Counted from the whole stretch's first letter, positions 13,703 to 28,181 are shown. The stretch is DNA of 63,614 nucleotides, filler included, from Phoronis australis (GCA_002633005.1; 5 parts of 5 records of this genome joined end to end with filler, not necessarily neighbours in it), one strand, 5' to 3'. Notes: generated from the sequence alone by a model not told the origin. A program made the numbers and translations.

Positions 13703-16700
13703 GACATTGAAAACATCAGTAAAAATACCTTACTATCTGTGGTGCTTAGTAAGGAAATTATCAGCAAAAACTGAATTTTGCACCGTGGCAGCCCACATTT
13801 CCTTATTTAAAGTTGCTCAATGTTGTCAAGGTTACTACTCGGCTAAAATGCCTCAAGGGGGGTCTCAACAAGGAACAATCAAAATGTTATAGTGTCAAGA
13901 ATTTCTAGGCACAATGTACATGTACTCTATTGTGGCTGCTATACTCGTAGTTATTGCATTCCATGTGGCTTGAAACTCAAGAGATTAGAATCTATTGTTA
14001 TTTCATATCCGCATCTGCAAACAATAAATAAATAACACGTTATTTTGTTTTGATTTCATGTTTGATGGAAACCGGTATAATAACAAGACTGACATTTAGC
14101 CTTTTTCTGAAGGGTCACATTTAAAGTGTTGCTACGTGAAACGCATCAGCACGCTTGTGGACATCCGTGTTCTTTTACATAAAATTCATAAAATCGTTAA
14201 GGATTAGTTCAGGAACTGTAACCTTGCAAATGGCAAAAATAACACCGGCGTCCTTTAGGACTGCTCACGTGATCTTTTTTATGTTAATATAATGTCTGGC
14301 CTAAATGTTCATGTTCTAAGTGATGCGTAAACGATTAAGTTCAACTGTTGACATAATTTAGATCTATGTGAGGAAATAATAACATATGTCAACTTAAGAT
14401 TTGTGCAAACTTACCGTGTTAACGCGCGGGATGATGATGGTTTTTTATATTTTGACGAATATGACAATGAACCGGAATGTCATTAGCCTGGCAACAGTAA
14501 TGGCAAAAATATCTGAATAATGTCTATGATACTGTCGCAATTTTGATGTTTATTTTGAGACTTTGCCAATTTTTTAATCCAAAATTCACATGTTTCCACC
14601 GCTCACGAAGTGAAAGCAGTCAATGTTATATTCCTCTTAGTCTAATACATGTAAATGCGTATGAAATTACCCTGCCATGTGATTCATATTCAATAAGTTT
14701 ATACTTCAACTGTATTGACAACGAATTATATGTCACGTCGTGTCAAATGCGTTCATTTTCATTTTTGTATTTGTTTTTACGGCGTTCTAGTATTGAAAAT
14801 TTGTACATGTACCGTTAACACCGCTAATCAACTATCATTAGTACAGAAACTGTAACCGGTAAATGTCGAACACTGTTACGAATACAATACCTCGTATTAA
14901 TATTGTCACAGTTAATAATACAACTGTCATGGCTGCTGCTGCAATGCCTGGAAATTCGACTAATCAAAAAATATACTCGGTGTAGACTTTAGTTCAACGC
15001 GGTTGCCATTGACTTACGCATACAGGTCAATAATTGTACATGTATTTGTACATGGAATTAGCGCGCAACAGAAGTACGACGTTTTCGCAAGGAAATGAAA
15101 CAAACTGTTATCGGTTTCTTTCGTTTACCGATATCATCGTGTAGCAAAAAAAGTAAACGCTTAGTTTCCGCTGGCAGTGTTTTACATTCCCGAAGCATCT
15201 GGATTAAATTCCCAGATCGCCCGTTTTTTGCCAGATATTATACGTCTGTGAGCAGAACACGTTAGAATAAAAAATCTTACAGAGGAAAAACAGTGTTTCA
15301 CTGCATTTTTAGTCACCAACAATGGTTTGTTCATGGGTGGATCATCTGAAGTTCGAGACAAGGGAGCATTTGTAATTTTACACTTTCTTATAAGCAATTC
15401 AAATGGAGTTCTCTAATTGATCGTTTTTGCGATCGGATACTAAACTGCATGTANGACATTGAAAACATCAGTAAAAATACTTTACTATCTGTGGTGCTTA
15501 GTAAGGAAATTATCAGCAAAAACTGAATTTTGCACCGTGGCAGCCCAAATTTCCTTATTTAAAGTTGATCAATGTTGTCAAGGTTACAACTCGGCTAAAA
15601 TGCCTCAAGGGGGGTCTCAACAAGGAACAATCAAAATGTTATAGTGCCAAGAATCTCTAGGTACAATGTACATGTACTCTATTGTGGCTGCTATACTCGT
15701 AGTTATTGCATTTCATGTGGCTTGAAACTCAAGAGATTAGAGATCTATTGTTATTTCATATCCGCATCTGCATGTCACAACAAACAATAAATAAATAACA
15801 CGTTATTTTGTTTTGATTTCATGTTTGATGGAAGCCGGTATAATAACAAGACTGACATTTAGCCTTTTTCTGAAAGGTCTCATTTAAAGTGTTGCTACGT
15901 GAAACGCATCAGTACGCTTGTGGACATCCGTGTTCTTTTACATAAAATTCATAAAATCGTTAAGGATTAGTTCTGGAACTGCAAATGGCAAAAATAACAC
16001 TGGCGTCCTTTAGGACTGCTCACGTGATCTTTTTTTATGTTAATATAATGTCTGGCCTAAATGTTCATGTTCTAAGTGATGCGTAAACGATTATGTTCAA
16101 CTGTTGACATAATTTAGATCTATGTGAGGAAATAATAACATGTGTCAACTTAAGATTTGTGCAAACTTAACGTGTTAACGCGCGGGATGATGATGGTTTG
16201 TATATTTTGACGAATATGACAATGAACCGGAATGTCATTAGCCTGGCAACAGTAATGTCAAAAATATCTGAATAATGTCTATGATACTGTCGCAATTTTG
16301 ATGCTTATTTTGAGACTTTGCCAATTTTTTAATCCAAAATTTACATGTTTCCACCGCTCACGAAGTGAAAGCAGTCAATATAATATTCCTCTTAGTCTAA
16401 TACATGTAAATGCGTATGAAATTACCCTGCCATGTGATTCATATTCAATAAGTTTATATTTCAACTGTATTGACAACGAATTATATGTCACGTCGTGTCA
16501 AATGCGTTCCTTTTCATTTTTGTATTTGTTTTTACTGCGCTCTAGTATTGAAAAGTTGTACATGTACCATTAACACCGCTAATCAACCATCATTAGTACA
16601 GAAACTGTAACCGGTAAATGTTGAACACTATTACGAATACAATACCTCGTATTAATATTGTCACATTTAATAATACAACTGTCATGGCTGCTGCTGCTGC

Positions 16701-17211
16701 AATGCCTGGAAATTCGACTAATCAAAAAATATACTCGGTGTAGACTTTAGTTCAACGCGGTTGCCATTGACTTACGCATACAGGTCAATAATTGTACATG
16801 TATTTGTACATGGAATTAGCGCGCAACAGAAGTACGACGTTTTCGCAAGGAAATGAAACAAACTGTTATCGGTTTCTTTCGTTTACCGATATCATCGTGT
16901 AGCAAAAAAAGTAAACGCTTAGTTTCCGCTGGCAGTGTTTTACATTCCCGAAGCATCTGGATTAAATTCCCAGATCGCCCGTTTTTTGCCAGATATTATA
17001 CGTCTGTGAGCAGAACACGTTAGAATAAAAAATCTTACAGAGGAAAAACAGTGTTTCACTGCATTTTTAGTCACCAACAATGGTTTGTTCATGGGTGGAT
17101 CATCTGAAGTTCGAGACAAGGGAGCATTTGTAATTTTACACTTTCTTATAAGCAATTCAAATGGAGTTCTCTAATTGATCGTTTTTGCGATCGGATACTA
17201 AACTGCATGTA
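13703..17211. repeat. Direct tandem duplication of about 1.75 kb (13703-15453 and 15455-17211), joined by one N
   Basis: Both copies start GACATTGAAAACATC and end TAAACTGCATGTA. They differ by scattered SNPs and small indels, and the ORF track shows the same short ORFs twice. Confidence 0.95.
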
Positions 17212-18212
17212 CATGTAAAACCACGTGGTTTCAATGGTTATTAGGATGCTAAAACATTTTATATCGAAGCCATTAGAACCTACAGGGTAATCCTCATGAT
17301 ATCCGTTGGCGAAAAATTCACAAAAAATCCGCACGATCTTTACCCGAGGAATACTCTGTCGTTTTAGATTTAACCACTAAGTTGATAGGAGTTTCATGCA
17401 GGAACGATTAAATAACATTAGGCCGCCGGTGTGTTGGCCAGACTGGGCTAAGCGTATGTATAAGGACTATTTTTTATTCAGTTAGATATAACTACAACCG
17501 GCAACAGCGGTGCACAATAACTTCAGAAATAAAACTTGATATGCTTTAAATAATATTCTGTAAGTACTGATACTTTTAAGTATAAGGAAGATTTTTACCC
17601 AGTTAGACCCCGGCCACCCAGGTATAATTCCACTACTGGCAACAGCGCTGACAACAGGGCTCCGCACGGGATCCGCAGTCCTTGAATATTTCATATCAAT
17701 CCTGATTCAAAAGTAATTTCCCATTATCGACATACGTGTAAACTGCGGTTCAACACACTTCTCCCTGTTCAGCGCCATCGGTCTGTCTTCGTTTTCGGTC
17801 ATTTCATCGCGGAACTTTTTTAACACAATGGAGATATCAATTGTAAATTCTGCCACTAGATTTTTCTCAAGCTTTCATTTCAATATGTTTTGCAAGGCTC
17901 GACGCTTAGCATAATATTTTTTTTGCTCGAACGGAAAATTAGAAGTGATTCGCGTGATCGGGTGACGACCAACTTCCACTTCTCGGCCCTAATGCCCCGC
18001 CCACGCCTTCGCGTTCTGAGGCTGGCAAACACGATCTGGCCTTCCGATTTTTGCCAAACGGCTTTGACTCCCCTCTGTTTGCTTCCTGCGTTCTGTGATG
18101 TGATGAGGCGACAATAGGGGCGACTTGAGACTTTTATCAGGTCACCATACGAAATCGAGCCCTGTTTTGTCTTATAATTGAAATTTAAACTCAGAATTTA
18201 GCAGGCGATCAT

Positions 18213-18292
18213 ATCTCGCTGCGAAGTGATACATGGCATCTCGCGGCGAAGTGATACATGGCATCTCGCGGCGAAGTGATACATGGCATCTC
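18213..18292. repeat. 25-bp tandem repeat, 3 copies
   Basis: ATCTCGCGGCGAAGTGATACATGGC repeated three times. A (TTTTTG)n run follows at about 18385-18423. Confidence 0.9.
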
Positions 18293-19687
18293 TCGCGAGA
18301 AACGTCGTTGAGGTGGCCAAGCAAAAACCAATGTTGCGCGTTATTACAATTCAAGTGAAGAGCGCACTCTTTCGATACCATCAATTTTGTTTTTGTTTTT
18401 GTTTTTGTTTTTGTTTCTGTTTGCTTATGTGGCACCATTCGTGGATGTTTTCACTACCACTTTGCATATTAAAGGCCACCAAGGCGCGGTGTGGATTTAA
18501 TGTCAAGTTATGAAGTGTGCTGTCGGTAACCACTGTAGGCACGGTACTTTAGACTAGTTTTACGATATGGCGAAAGATACGTTTAGAAATTTATTATCAA
18601 AGCAGGTCATATTGGTGAAATTTGACGTACCACAGCGATGAGGGAGATGCGACGTATTAACAATTACAACTTACACTACAGCGTCGGATGTAAACAAACT
18701 ACTTAAAAGTTGAACGATAGGCAATCCAATCTTTATATGAAGTACCAAAATGGAATCAAAAACACCCAAACAAAATAACAATGATTTTGCGCTCAGGTGG
18801 AACAAAACGTTTTCAAAGACAATATATGAGTCATAATCAGTCATAGTCAGTGGATTTCTGTTTTCGGCCGAGGTACAAAATTGTGTTCAATAAGGCTGAC
18901 AGTGTGATAATAGCGGTAAACTCGATGTATTTCAATTGTGAATTTCGAACAAAAACGGCGCTGCATGAGGCAAGTTCCCATAACGACAGCATGATTAAGC
19001 GCACTGAGTGTCTTTAGACGCATTCTTTATCGCAATTGTCCAAACTACCTGTTTAATTCCGTTTTTGACTCCAAAAGAGCCCTAAATGCAAGGATGCTTA
19101 GTTCTGAGTTTGACCCAGCTGCTGCCAAAACAAGAAGACGAAACTGGCGTCTCTTCGCCTCTCTCCTCTAAACCACATAATAAATATGGCTCTGTAAGAG
19201 ATTATTTCCCCGTATCCGTAAGCAGTCATAAACTTGATTAACTGAATTATTTTGAAGCTTCTCGTCGTGGCTAAATTCAAAGTAAATAAAAGCAGATTAT
19301 TAGTGCTGGTAATGCATTGATCGGGATATGTTATTGACATAAAAACAAGAAAATCAAATTGTCATTTATTGAAGAACATAAAACAAGCGGGCGCTATACA
19401 ACGTCTCTATAGGAACAAATGTTTAGCATTCTAGACACGGAAACCGATTTATAGAAATCAACAGGCAATTCAACACAATCGATTATTATAAATATACATA
19501 ATGAGTAAAAGGTGATTGAAGTCATTATCTTGATATATCGTAGCACTCACATGTTTCTAATGTTATCGTATTAGTAAAGTGAGTCTGATGCTTGTTGACT
19601 AATATATTGTACCTTGCTTGATCGTTCCCAAACTATAAATATAGATTGACGAAAATGTATAGACTTTCGCTTTCAAATTTTCCTTAG

Positions 19688-19875
19688 GTATGCGGGGTTG
19701 CACCAGGGCCATTGTCTATGCGGAACAGATCTCCCAAACGTTGCCACTGATGTCACGCAATGCGACGCAAAATGTCCAGAAACCAGCGTTTTGTGCGGCG
19801 GAAATACGTCTCAGCATATAACAGTCTTTGATACGTCATACGTCATCAAAGAACCATCCATCAACGTCAAACAAG
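19688..19875 (+). CDS. PKD1-like gene, exon 3 (C-terminal half of WSC domain)
   Basis: Acceptor ttttccttag, donor G|GTAACT; the phase-2 join gives Arg. Encodes YAGLHQGHCLCGTDLPNVATDVTQCDAKCPETSVLCGGNTSQHITVFDTSYVIKEPSINVKQ, matching WSC YAGL..G.C.CG...C...C......CGG......VF. Confidence 0.92.
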
Positions 19876-21145
19876 GTAACTTGGGACTACAACCCTACAA
19901 ACAGCGTTAACAGAAAGTTCTAATAAACAAATACGATCAATGGTCCAGGATCTGGTCCAATGACAATGTCACGTTCTAACCAAGTGATGTGTTTGTTCAT
20001 TGAACCTCATCATGTTGCTGACAATATACATTTCCCGACTTTCTCCCGTGGTCAATATGTCAATTTTCAGGCTCCAAAACTTGCGAGGATGCCCGAAGCA
20101 GGATTTTAACTCTTGGTTAAGTCTTTGAATGCCACCCTTTCTGTACGTTATTGGCAAATGAGAAAGCTGTTTGCCTAGCCGTTCTGGATTTCTTGACCAG
20201 TTCTCGCTCCGTAGGCACTTCCTAGCGTGTGCAGCGTAAATTGTAATTATAGTGTTTCTTAACGGATTTGGTGTACTCGTTGCTTCGTATAATTCCTTTG
20301 AAACTGTTTCCTGTTTTAACAGCAAAGATGAGAAAGGATTGATATTCGGAGCCTAATAATCTAAGCTAGCACAGATGCATTAATTTTACCAAGAATAAAT
20401 CGCGGCGGCTTTGGAGGAAATCTTTTGTCCACTTACTTGTATAGATTTTAGTCAAAACTTGAATAGCTAATATTAGTACCTACTTTAGGTGACAATACAG
20501 TATCCTGTTCAATAAACGTTCGCTGCCATGCTTAAATGTAACATTTAAAACGGTTTCCGGGATACTGTTTGGCTTGGTGTCAGTCAGTTACGTGTACACT
20601 GTATCTGCGTCACCAATCGAAAGGAAAAACCTAAAGGCGGGTCAGAAAGTTCTTATGTGGCAAAATATAACGATCTATACTCCATCGAGTTACCCTTCGG
20701 TTTCTAATTACATTTTGATCAGGTTACTAAACGGTTCTAGAAGGGTCTATTCAGGGTATTGAACCAAATCAAAATGAAACGACCCTTTACAAAATGATTT
20801 TTGCGAGACAATGGCCTCAAAAGAAGCGTGAAGACGCTGGTTATAAAATATCATCTAGGGCGACATGACGTAAAAATGTTTCTACACTGGACCGTCAGTC
20901 TTGGACCCGTAAGACGGCAGTTCAAATTAGCTGTGACTGGCGTGTCGAAATATATATTGTGTGAGGTGAGATCACCAAAGATGGTACAAAGAAGCCGATG
21001 ACGATGAAAACATGTTCAAGGTTCCATTGTACGTTCATCTAACGTGTCAAACATTTATTTTATGGAAGAATTAAAACTAAAAACGACCAAATACAGTAAA
21101 CTTCGTGAAGTATAACAAGTCCTATTGCCCCGTTTTGTTCTGCAG

Positions 21146-21283
21146 GCGTGGTTGAACTTTTCAAAGGAACCGAAGTCAACGTGACCACTCAGAGCAGCGG
21201 ATATCACGAGTCCATCTTGGAATTCTCCGACGAGCTGGTACCAGTTAAGGCAAATTCAACTATTCATTTCTTTCGAAAGACTG
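21146..21283 (+). CDS. PKD1-like gene, exon 4 (divergent PKD/Ig-like domain)
   Basis: Acceptor ttttgttctgcag, donor G|GTAAGT, phase 1/1. Encodes GVVELFKGTEVNVTTQSSGYHESILEFSDELVPVKANSTIHFFRKT with no stops. This exon is not in the ORF track. Confidence 0.85.
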
Positions 21284-24200
21284 GTAAGTAAATCAGTCAA
21301 ATGCAAAATTTGACTTGGGTTAATTACGAGCACAACCACGGGAGCTCGTGCGCTGCACGTCCCAGTCCCTCAATTTTCCCAAAATCGGAGCAAACGCCCG
21401 CTTAACTGTCAAATAAGTCTTGCATGAATGTTATTCAAATTTGGTAGAGGCTGACTGAGTTCTGTCAAAGTGTTTCTAGTTTATAGTAGTCCAACGATGT
21501 CCCGAGAATGAATCGCTTTGTTGAACTGTTTAAGTTTAAAAAGTAGTATGCGGCAAAACCATTATTAATAACGCTGGAGGACAGACCGTATTCACTATAC
21601 ATGTAGGTACCCACTTTGTGGGGATTGGACCAGAATTAAACGTATTTCAAATTTGAAAGGGGAAATATTAAACGACTGAATCGTGTTTTTTTCAAAATCT
21701 AGAGAAAATCGATGTTGTGATTGTGCCCTGTATATTGTGCATGTTTTTCCTCCCTTCTTTTTTAAACGTTTCACTCCTGTGAAAAATAATTTTCTCTAGA
21801 GTGGAAAGCACCAGAACAGTTTTACAAAACGCCACGTACAGGATACGGTTTGGGGTCATTAACATTTCTCGTACTTGAATATAAAATGAAATTTTAGGGA
21901 TGCGAATGCTATAACCTACACATATGAAGCTTCCTTTTATAGCTCTCTGGTTGGAGTAGATGTGTCTTAGTAATATAGTTTTGCATCGCAAACTACACTT
22001 GCATAAAGGAGTTATTTGTAATTTGTATTCAATCAAGTTATTGGTCTCTAATTGTCTAGTGGCAGAACCTCGTCACCGTTCTTGGACTTACTCTGGTGAC
22101 GAGTTTACTCTATATTTCGACCATAAAATCTTCTGATTCTACATCGGATAACGTTAATCATAGAACTCTAACCCTGGAATGCCAACTCGAGGACGAGACC
22201 AATGTATTCTACTATTAGAGCTTGCGACCTCGGGATTAGCCGCGAGAGCGTGCATTGTAAATTTCCCGCAATCTGCTGGACAAAATTTTGATCGAGTGTT
22301 GCAGTTATCAAATCAAGCCTAACTTCATTGTTTCATTTTCATTTTGACATCTTGTTCTTCAAGCCAGAGATTTGAGCTACAGTTCTAGACTACCAGCAAT
22401 TTCCAGGCAAAATTAGAGTGGTCAATCTTTATACAGTACGCACCGAAGCGCGCCTGTTCCTGGTCGGATATCCGGAATTGTCTGGCGTCCGATATCTTTT
22501 CATCTCCAGTCTTAGAACCACTTTCGACAACCTATTAAACTATATGCTAGGAGTTTTTCAACAAGATAATTTTTGGTGCTAAAATCAAGTTCTTACTGCA
22601 TTTTACTGAAAGATGTGGCTTAATTTCTTAGTGTTTGTTCTGAAATTATGAATGAAAAGTTTATGCCCGCCCTACTAACAGGTGCGTTTATTAACTTTCC
22701 AAAAACTAGTCGCGCATTTGCGTAGCTAAATGTGTTTGCGGTTTCATAAATTATTATTGTTTTCAATTGTTTCTAATAATTCATTTGTGCACTGTTCGCC
22801 TGTTGCCCAAATATTTGATCGTTAATACGATTTCTGAGCAGTGAATGTTATCTGTAGTATTTAATCCGTGAAATAAAATTGAAAAAATGAAAAGTTTACC
22901 TTCTAACTTATCCAATCAAACATTGTGTGCTGACAGCGTACGTTGTACTTGCCAATTGTTCCGCTCTTGGTGGACTATCCCACTTTTTGAATTTTTCCCG
23001 CCACCTCGCCACACCATCAAAATGCCCCTGTTTTTGACACACGGCGACAATGACATATTATCATATACTACTGTAAGGCGACATAACACTATTTTTCGGT
23101 TTGACAAAAAAAAAGAAAATGGAACGTTTTGTGGGTTTTTGAGCCACCCGCAATTTTGAGGCATCCGCAATTGCCTATTAGACTTGAAATAAAAAACAAA
23201 AAACGCCGTCGGGCGCTTTTGGTAGTAACGCCTCTCGTTCGGAAAAAAAACGCTTTCGGGACATTTTTGTGTGTTGCTGCGAGCATTTCACTCTTGCGTT
23301 TTGGCATAGGCTCAGATGCCCCGCTTTGTAGTCTTGCTTTTCAATCCAGTTGTCCCGTTGCTTTTTCATTCTCAAATGTTGACAACTATGAGACAGGTGT
23401 CCATTCGTCTCTTTGTCATGAATATTGTCATTTTCCCCAGTGCACTTTCTTTAGTAACATAACAATCGTAAAACTGTGTTAACTTTTGTTTACGATTGCA
23501 CACAGTACATGTATTGGGATCAGCCTATATAATGATCTATCCGCAGTACATTTCAAACCTACACACTAGATTGTTGCTTATTTTTATGTATTACAAAACC
23601 TTTATCTGCAAATTTCGGATAGGTAGCTGGAGTTATTAGTTGATCACATTTTCGTAAATGCCATTGTATCCTGAATTTCTACTGAAGAATTGTATCAAAA
23701 GACACCAAAGGTCCAGTATAAAGATGCATACTTTTGGATGAATGCCTTACCTAATTCTTCTCAACAACTGTGAGGATCCCATGTTCTAATATCATGATAG
23801 GGTATAGGTAGAAACCTTTTGAATGGTTAACATTATTTATCTGCTGGTTTAATTAGTCATTCATTTAACATCTCAGGTTCATTTCCTGTTTATGTTACTA
23901 TTACACCATGTTATTTTTGGTAACAAAATACATTTTAAAGCAGTCAGGTTTACGAAATGATGATTATTTATGAATTAAACTACCGTTTGCTTCCGCTATA
24001 ATCGTACACCATCAATAACTGACGAAGGGCTTTCTAATGATGTGACTCTTATACAGTGTACACTTCAGTTGACCAACGGCAGAGTTGCGAAAAATTTTAG
24101 TGACGATTCATGTAAATTCCATAGGAATAACCAACACCGGAACAAACAAATGCAAACAAATACCGCGCATGTGCGTTGCAACCTCAGCAGCACGAAATCA

Positions 24201-24546
24201 AAGTGGGCATTTCAGGGCTAGAATCCTATGGCAAATCGATTTAATTTGAACTTAGGAAAACGAGACTGAAAAACGGCTTTATGAATTTCACTGAAACTTT
24301 CCAATTTTGATATTTATTCACCAGTCTCAAAAACGCTGTCTGGATTTTCCTTTTAACGCCTAGTTTTTGTGTACCGTAAGATAACTAACAGTACTACTGG
24401 AATAGAAATGTGATGTGTGGATTCTGCATTGGAGTTTGGGTTTTAATATTATATATTGGATCCGTGAGTCTGGAAAACACCTGTTTCGGAAACTTTATGT
24501 TTGCATCTTGTGCAGTCTTTGCTGATCACGAGAATTTCAATTTTAG

Positions 24547-24768
24547 GTGAAGTTGTTATAGAAAGTTCTTCAACCGATATGTACGAGAACAGTGCTTCGG
24601 CGAGTACGACGGTAGACGTATTGTCAAGAGTGCTACCAGTTACTCTGATCTGCCCAGAATTTGTGACAGTCAAAAAAGAGTTGGAGTGTCTTGTAACTGT
24701 AACTGCATCCAGTGCGAACGTCACAATGAGCCTAGCTAACACGGACACTGTTGTTCTGCAGAGTATAA
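24547..24768 (+). CDS. PKD1-like gene, exon 5
   Basis: Acceptor attttag, donor A|GTACGT, phase 1/1. Encodes GEVVIESSSTDMYENSASASTTVDVLSRVLPVTLICPEFVTVKKELECLVTVTASSANVTMSLANTDTVVLQSI (beta-strand-rich). Confidence 0.88.
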
Positions 24769-25009
24769 GTACGTGTATTTACCCTTGTCAAATTTGCATG
24801 ATCAATACGTTTACTTTTTCATCTTGAGCAAAGCAAGTCTAACCTAGAGCACTAATATAGCTTGGGGTAGCTATATCAGTATTCAAGCTCCCCACCAAAT
24901 CGAAATGACATGTATTACAAATTTCTGATATTGAATGTGTCAACATAAAATACTCAAAATATCTCTGTTCTGATTTCTAATCAATTTCATCGTTTCCATT
25001 GTGTATTAG

Positions 25010-25182
25010 ACACTTCTGTTTACATCAACGGACCGACTTCCGCTAACAAGCTCCTCTCTACGACGAACATCACGACCAATCAAAATGGACTTACGTTCCT
25101 CTACAATCGACCGATCACTTTTAACGGTACTCTCCAAGGCTGGGAGGTGAACGTGAAGAAAGTCGGACGCATTACTATTCAG
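25010..25182 (+). CDS. PKD1-like gene, exon 6
   Basis: Acceptor gtgtattag, donor CAG|GTACTA, phase 1/0. Encodes NTSVYINGPTSANKLLSTTNITTNQNGLTFLYNRPITFNGTLQGWEVNVKKVGRITIQ. Confidence 0.87.
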
Positions 25183-27164
25183 GTACTAGAGATGTATGAA
25201 ATTTAAGCTATGATTAATATTACATGTAGTACAGAGAGAATTTACTTTGCAGTGTCTAGTTTTTCCACGCGTGTTGTATATGTGCGAAGATTATATTGGT
25301 TTCTGTCAACAAAGATGAATTCGCTTAGGTAATCGATAACTCTAAGATCAATATCCCCCCAGAATGCACTGAGCTATTTTAATTAAAAATAAGTACCAAC
25401 ATCGCTGTTGCAGCACAGATTGTCTCCCCTGTGTGCGACAATGTGTGACAGGGGTGACATCGGGCGGTAGTTCGTGTCGGCATACAATGCTGTTGAATTG
25501 ATCGACATCTATTTCATCGAAAAGACAAAATGTGCCGAGTGTAACAATATATGTCAAAGCAATCACTCCATTTCAACAGCGATAGCGTCTTCACGGAGTT
25601 TTGCTGTCAATAAAAATTCACACAGCCATACAATACAGTATTGTGAAACGCGGTTTATTGAAATATGAAGTGACAAAAATACATGTTTATGTCAAATTCA
25701 AAGTAATATAAAATATGGCTCAATTTTTTATGTAGTCTGACGGCCAAATCGATATTTTTTTCAATTCAAACATTTAATCTGCACAATTGTTGCGCTTTTA
25801 CAATGAATAAATGATTCTAAAAATGTGATGATTCAAAAATCATCATTTGCAACAATTAAAGAAAACTGTATTTAAAAAATGGCTGACAATATGACGTAAT
25901 AGTAAATATCAAGGTGACTGGTGTTGTTTAAAATTCTCTAGGACAAGAACATCATTTACCTTAACAATATGAGTAACAAACAAAGAAATTTTTGATAGCT
26001 GATGACGAGCGTTACAGTTAGCTTTAATGCTTAAGTTTTGTCCACAAAATATTTTAATTTGTGCGCCACTCTGAAATCTGCAGGAAGTATGAAAGTATTT
26101 CCAAACATTGAAAGTCTTAAATCCTATTTTAAAAAATCGGCATCAAAGTCCCCGTTCTCAACTGAGCGAAAATGATGTTAACAGGAAATAACTCTGCTGA
26201 ACGTTGAGTGCCGCTTCATGTGCTACCTTATACATTCATTTCTGAATATGACCGAGCTCGCTTTTGTTACATCAATTGGTATTCCAGAAGCATCGTGACA
26301 GATCAGAATTAACAGAAACATTTCTTCAGAGCAAAACTTCTGTTGTTTATTCTCTGTGCTTGCATGTAGCTGCTCTACCAGCATTTAATATGCTGAGTGT
26401 ACTCTACTTTCATCATGAGGGGTGTTTGGCTTCTCGGCGACAAACTTAAAGGATTCCTGTCCGGTACTAAACTGTTACGATGATTTCAACCAATCTTCGT
26501 TCTGTCACCTGCTAATGCATCATTGGCGGCAATTTTCCAAGATAAAAGCAGGGATCAAGCAAAAACTCCTAGTACTCCATATGTCACAGATTGGACATTA
26601 TGTATTGCCTTTTTCTTACAGTTGTCGTGTAGTTCATTAAAGGCGTAGGTCACGCATGCCCGTTTAGCAGTGTACATGTAGTCTTCGAAAGGAGTTTTCA
26701 AATATGCCACAAAACGTGAGGGTTGACGAGTGTTATAGAGCAGTACTTTGTTTCACAGAATTGGATGGGAAAGTCATTTTTAGTATTTGTTAATAGGCCA
26801 AAACAGGGTTTGGTATTCTGTGCTGCGTTTGCTTTCGTCAGTAGACAATGATTGAGAGTTCAGGTCATTGCAGCAATTTATAAATTGCTACCAGACTAGA
26901 ACTGTCTGTTCATATGTACACAGACAGTTCAAGCCTGGTTTATTAAAACAGAACATTTCCGGTGTTTCGGAAGCAAAAAGTTGAAAGATTCAGTGATTTG
27001 TTATTATTACATGTATGACGCAGATTACATACGACTTTAAACTGGGGCATTGCAATGTACACCAAACCGTCGACTGTTCTTAAATCATCTATTTTCTGCA
27101 TGACCTACTGGTTTTGATTCGTTCACCAATATCAATAATTCTCATTGAAAGCCTGCTGACCTTG

Positions 27165-27407
27165 CATGGGCGTACCCAGGGGGATCGAGGGGCTCGAATT
27201 GGGCAAAAAGGTCCGCCTCAGTGAAACAAAAAGTCCGAGTAAAAGAGACAAAAGTACACAATGTCCAGAGGAATTTGGCGCGGATGCTCAATCCGTAGGA
27301 CTGAACCTAGTGCTCCCGTTTGTTTTAGTCTTCGCTGATTTTTTCAGTAAAGGGTCCGCATACCGAAAACTTCGATCCCCCTATAAGTTAGGCTGGGTGC
27401 GTGCATG
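27165..27407. mobile_element. MITE of about 243 bp with a 5-bp target-site duplication
   Basis: TIRs CATGGGCGTACCCAG and CTGGGTGCGTGCATG, flanked on both sides by CCTTG. Confidence 0.75.
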
Positions 27408-27511
27408 CCTTGTATACTGAAGTGAACACTTACATGTATTTGACCATAAGTTTCAAAGATAAAGTGTAAATGTGCGAAGCTTATCACTAATCATGATTTT
27501 TTCTCAACTAG

Positions 27512-28181
27512 ATATATAGGCCCGGATGTTCTCATAACAGCACTCACAAATTCTGCCCGAGATCGCGCACGTGCATTCCCAAAGCAGGAAACTGCTCCTC
27601 AACGACTAACACAAACGTATGGTATTGCAACGGGACAGACGAGATTTTCAGCCTGCGGCTACGCAAATGCGTAAACAAATCAACAGGGACTGTGATCGAA
27701 AGAAAAACCCAACCCAGCCTTGAAAACGATATTAAGTGGTTGTACGTAGGTGAATTTGGTCGCGATTTTTCGCTGACAGGAATCCAGTACGTCAATCTGA
27801 ACGAGAACGACAGAATGTCTGTGCGAGAAGGAGATGTGCCTGCCATTTACAAAACGACAGGAGAAGTTCAGGTTGCGTCGTCCGTTGTCAATGTGGAGTT
27901 CCAAATAGGCACGACGAGTGCGTTTACCAACAGAGCTTCATATCCCTACGCATTTTCTAACACTGACGTCACCGGATCAGGAAAGCACGACTCGTTGTTA
28001 AATCTTTATATATCCCGGTTTATGTACGTCACTGCTCCTGTTGGTGTTTTAGAGAGAAATGCATCAGACATCGAAAACGTCACAGTTACTGTGAGCAACT
28101 CTATTAACTCGGAATCTGCCTCAACTTCGGTGAAAGTACAAAAACCAATCTCTGGTTTACAGCTCAATGGGTCATACATTG
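27512..28181 (+). CDS. PKD1-like gene, exon 7 (Cys-rich PKD1 'LDL-A related' region and following beta domain)
   Basis: Acceptor ttttctcaactag, donor G|GTAAGC, phase 0/1; 670 nt open frame. Encodes IYRPGC...KFCPRSRTCIPKAGNC...WLYVGEF...SVREGDVPAI...VTVTVSNSINSESASTSVKVQKPISGLQL, in the same order as remembered human PKD1 motifs (QVYR, WCPGANICLPLDASC, LPGDLVGL, VGNGVS...FDVVSPVAGLRV). Confidence 0.92.
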
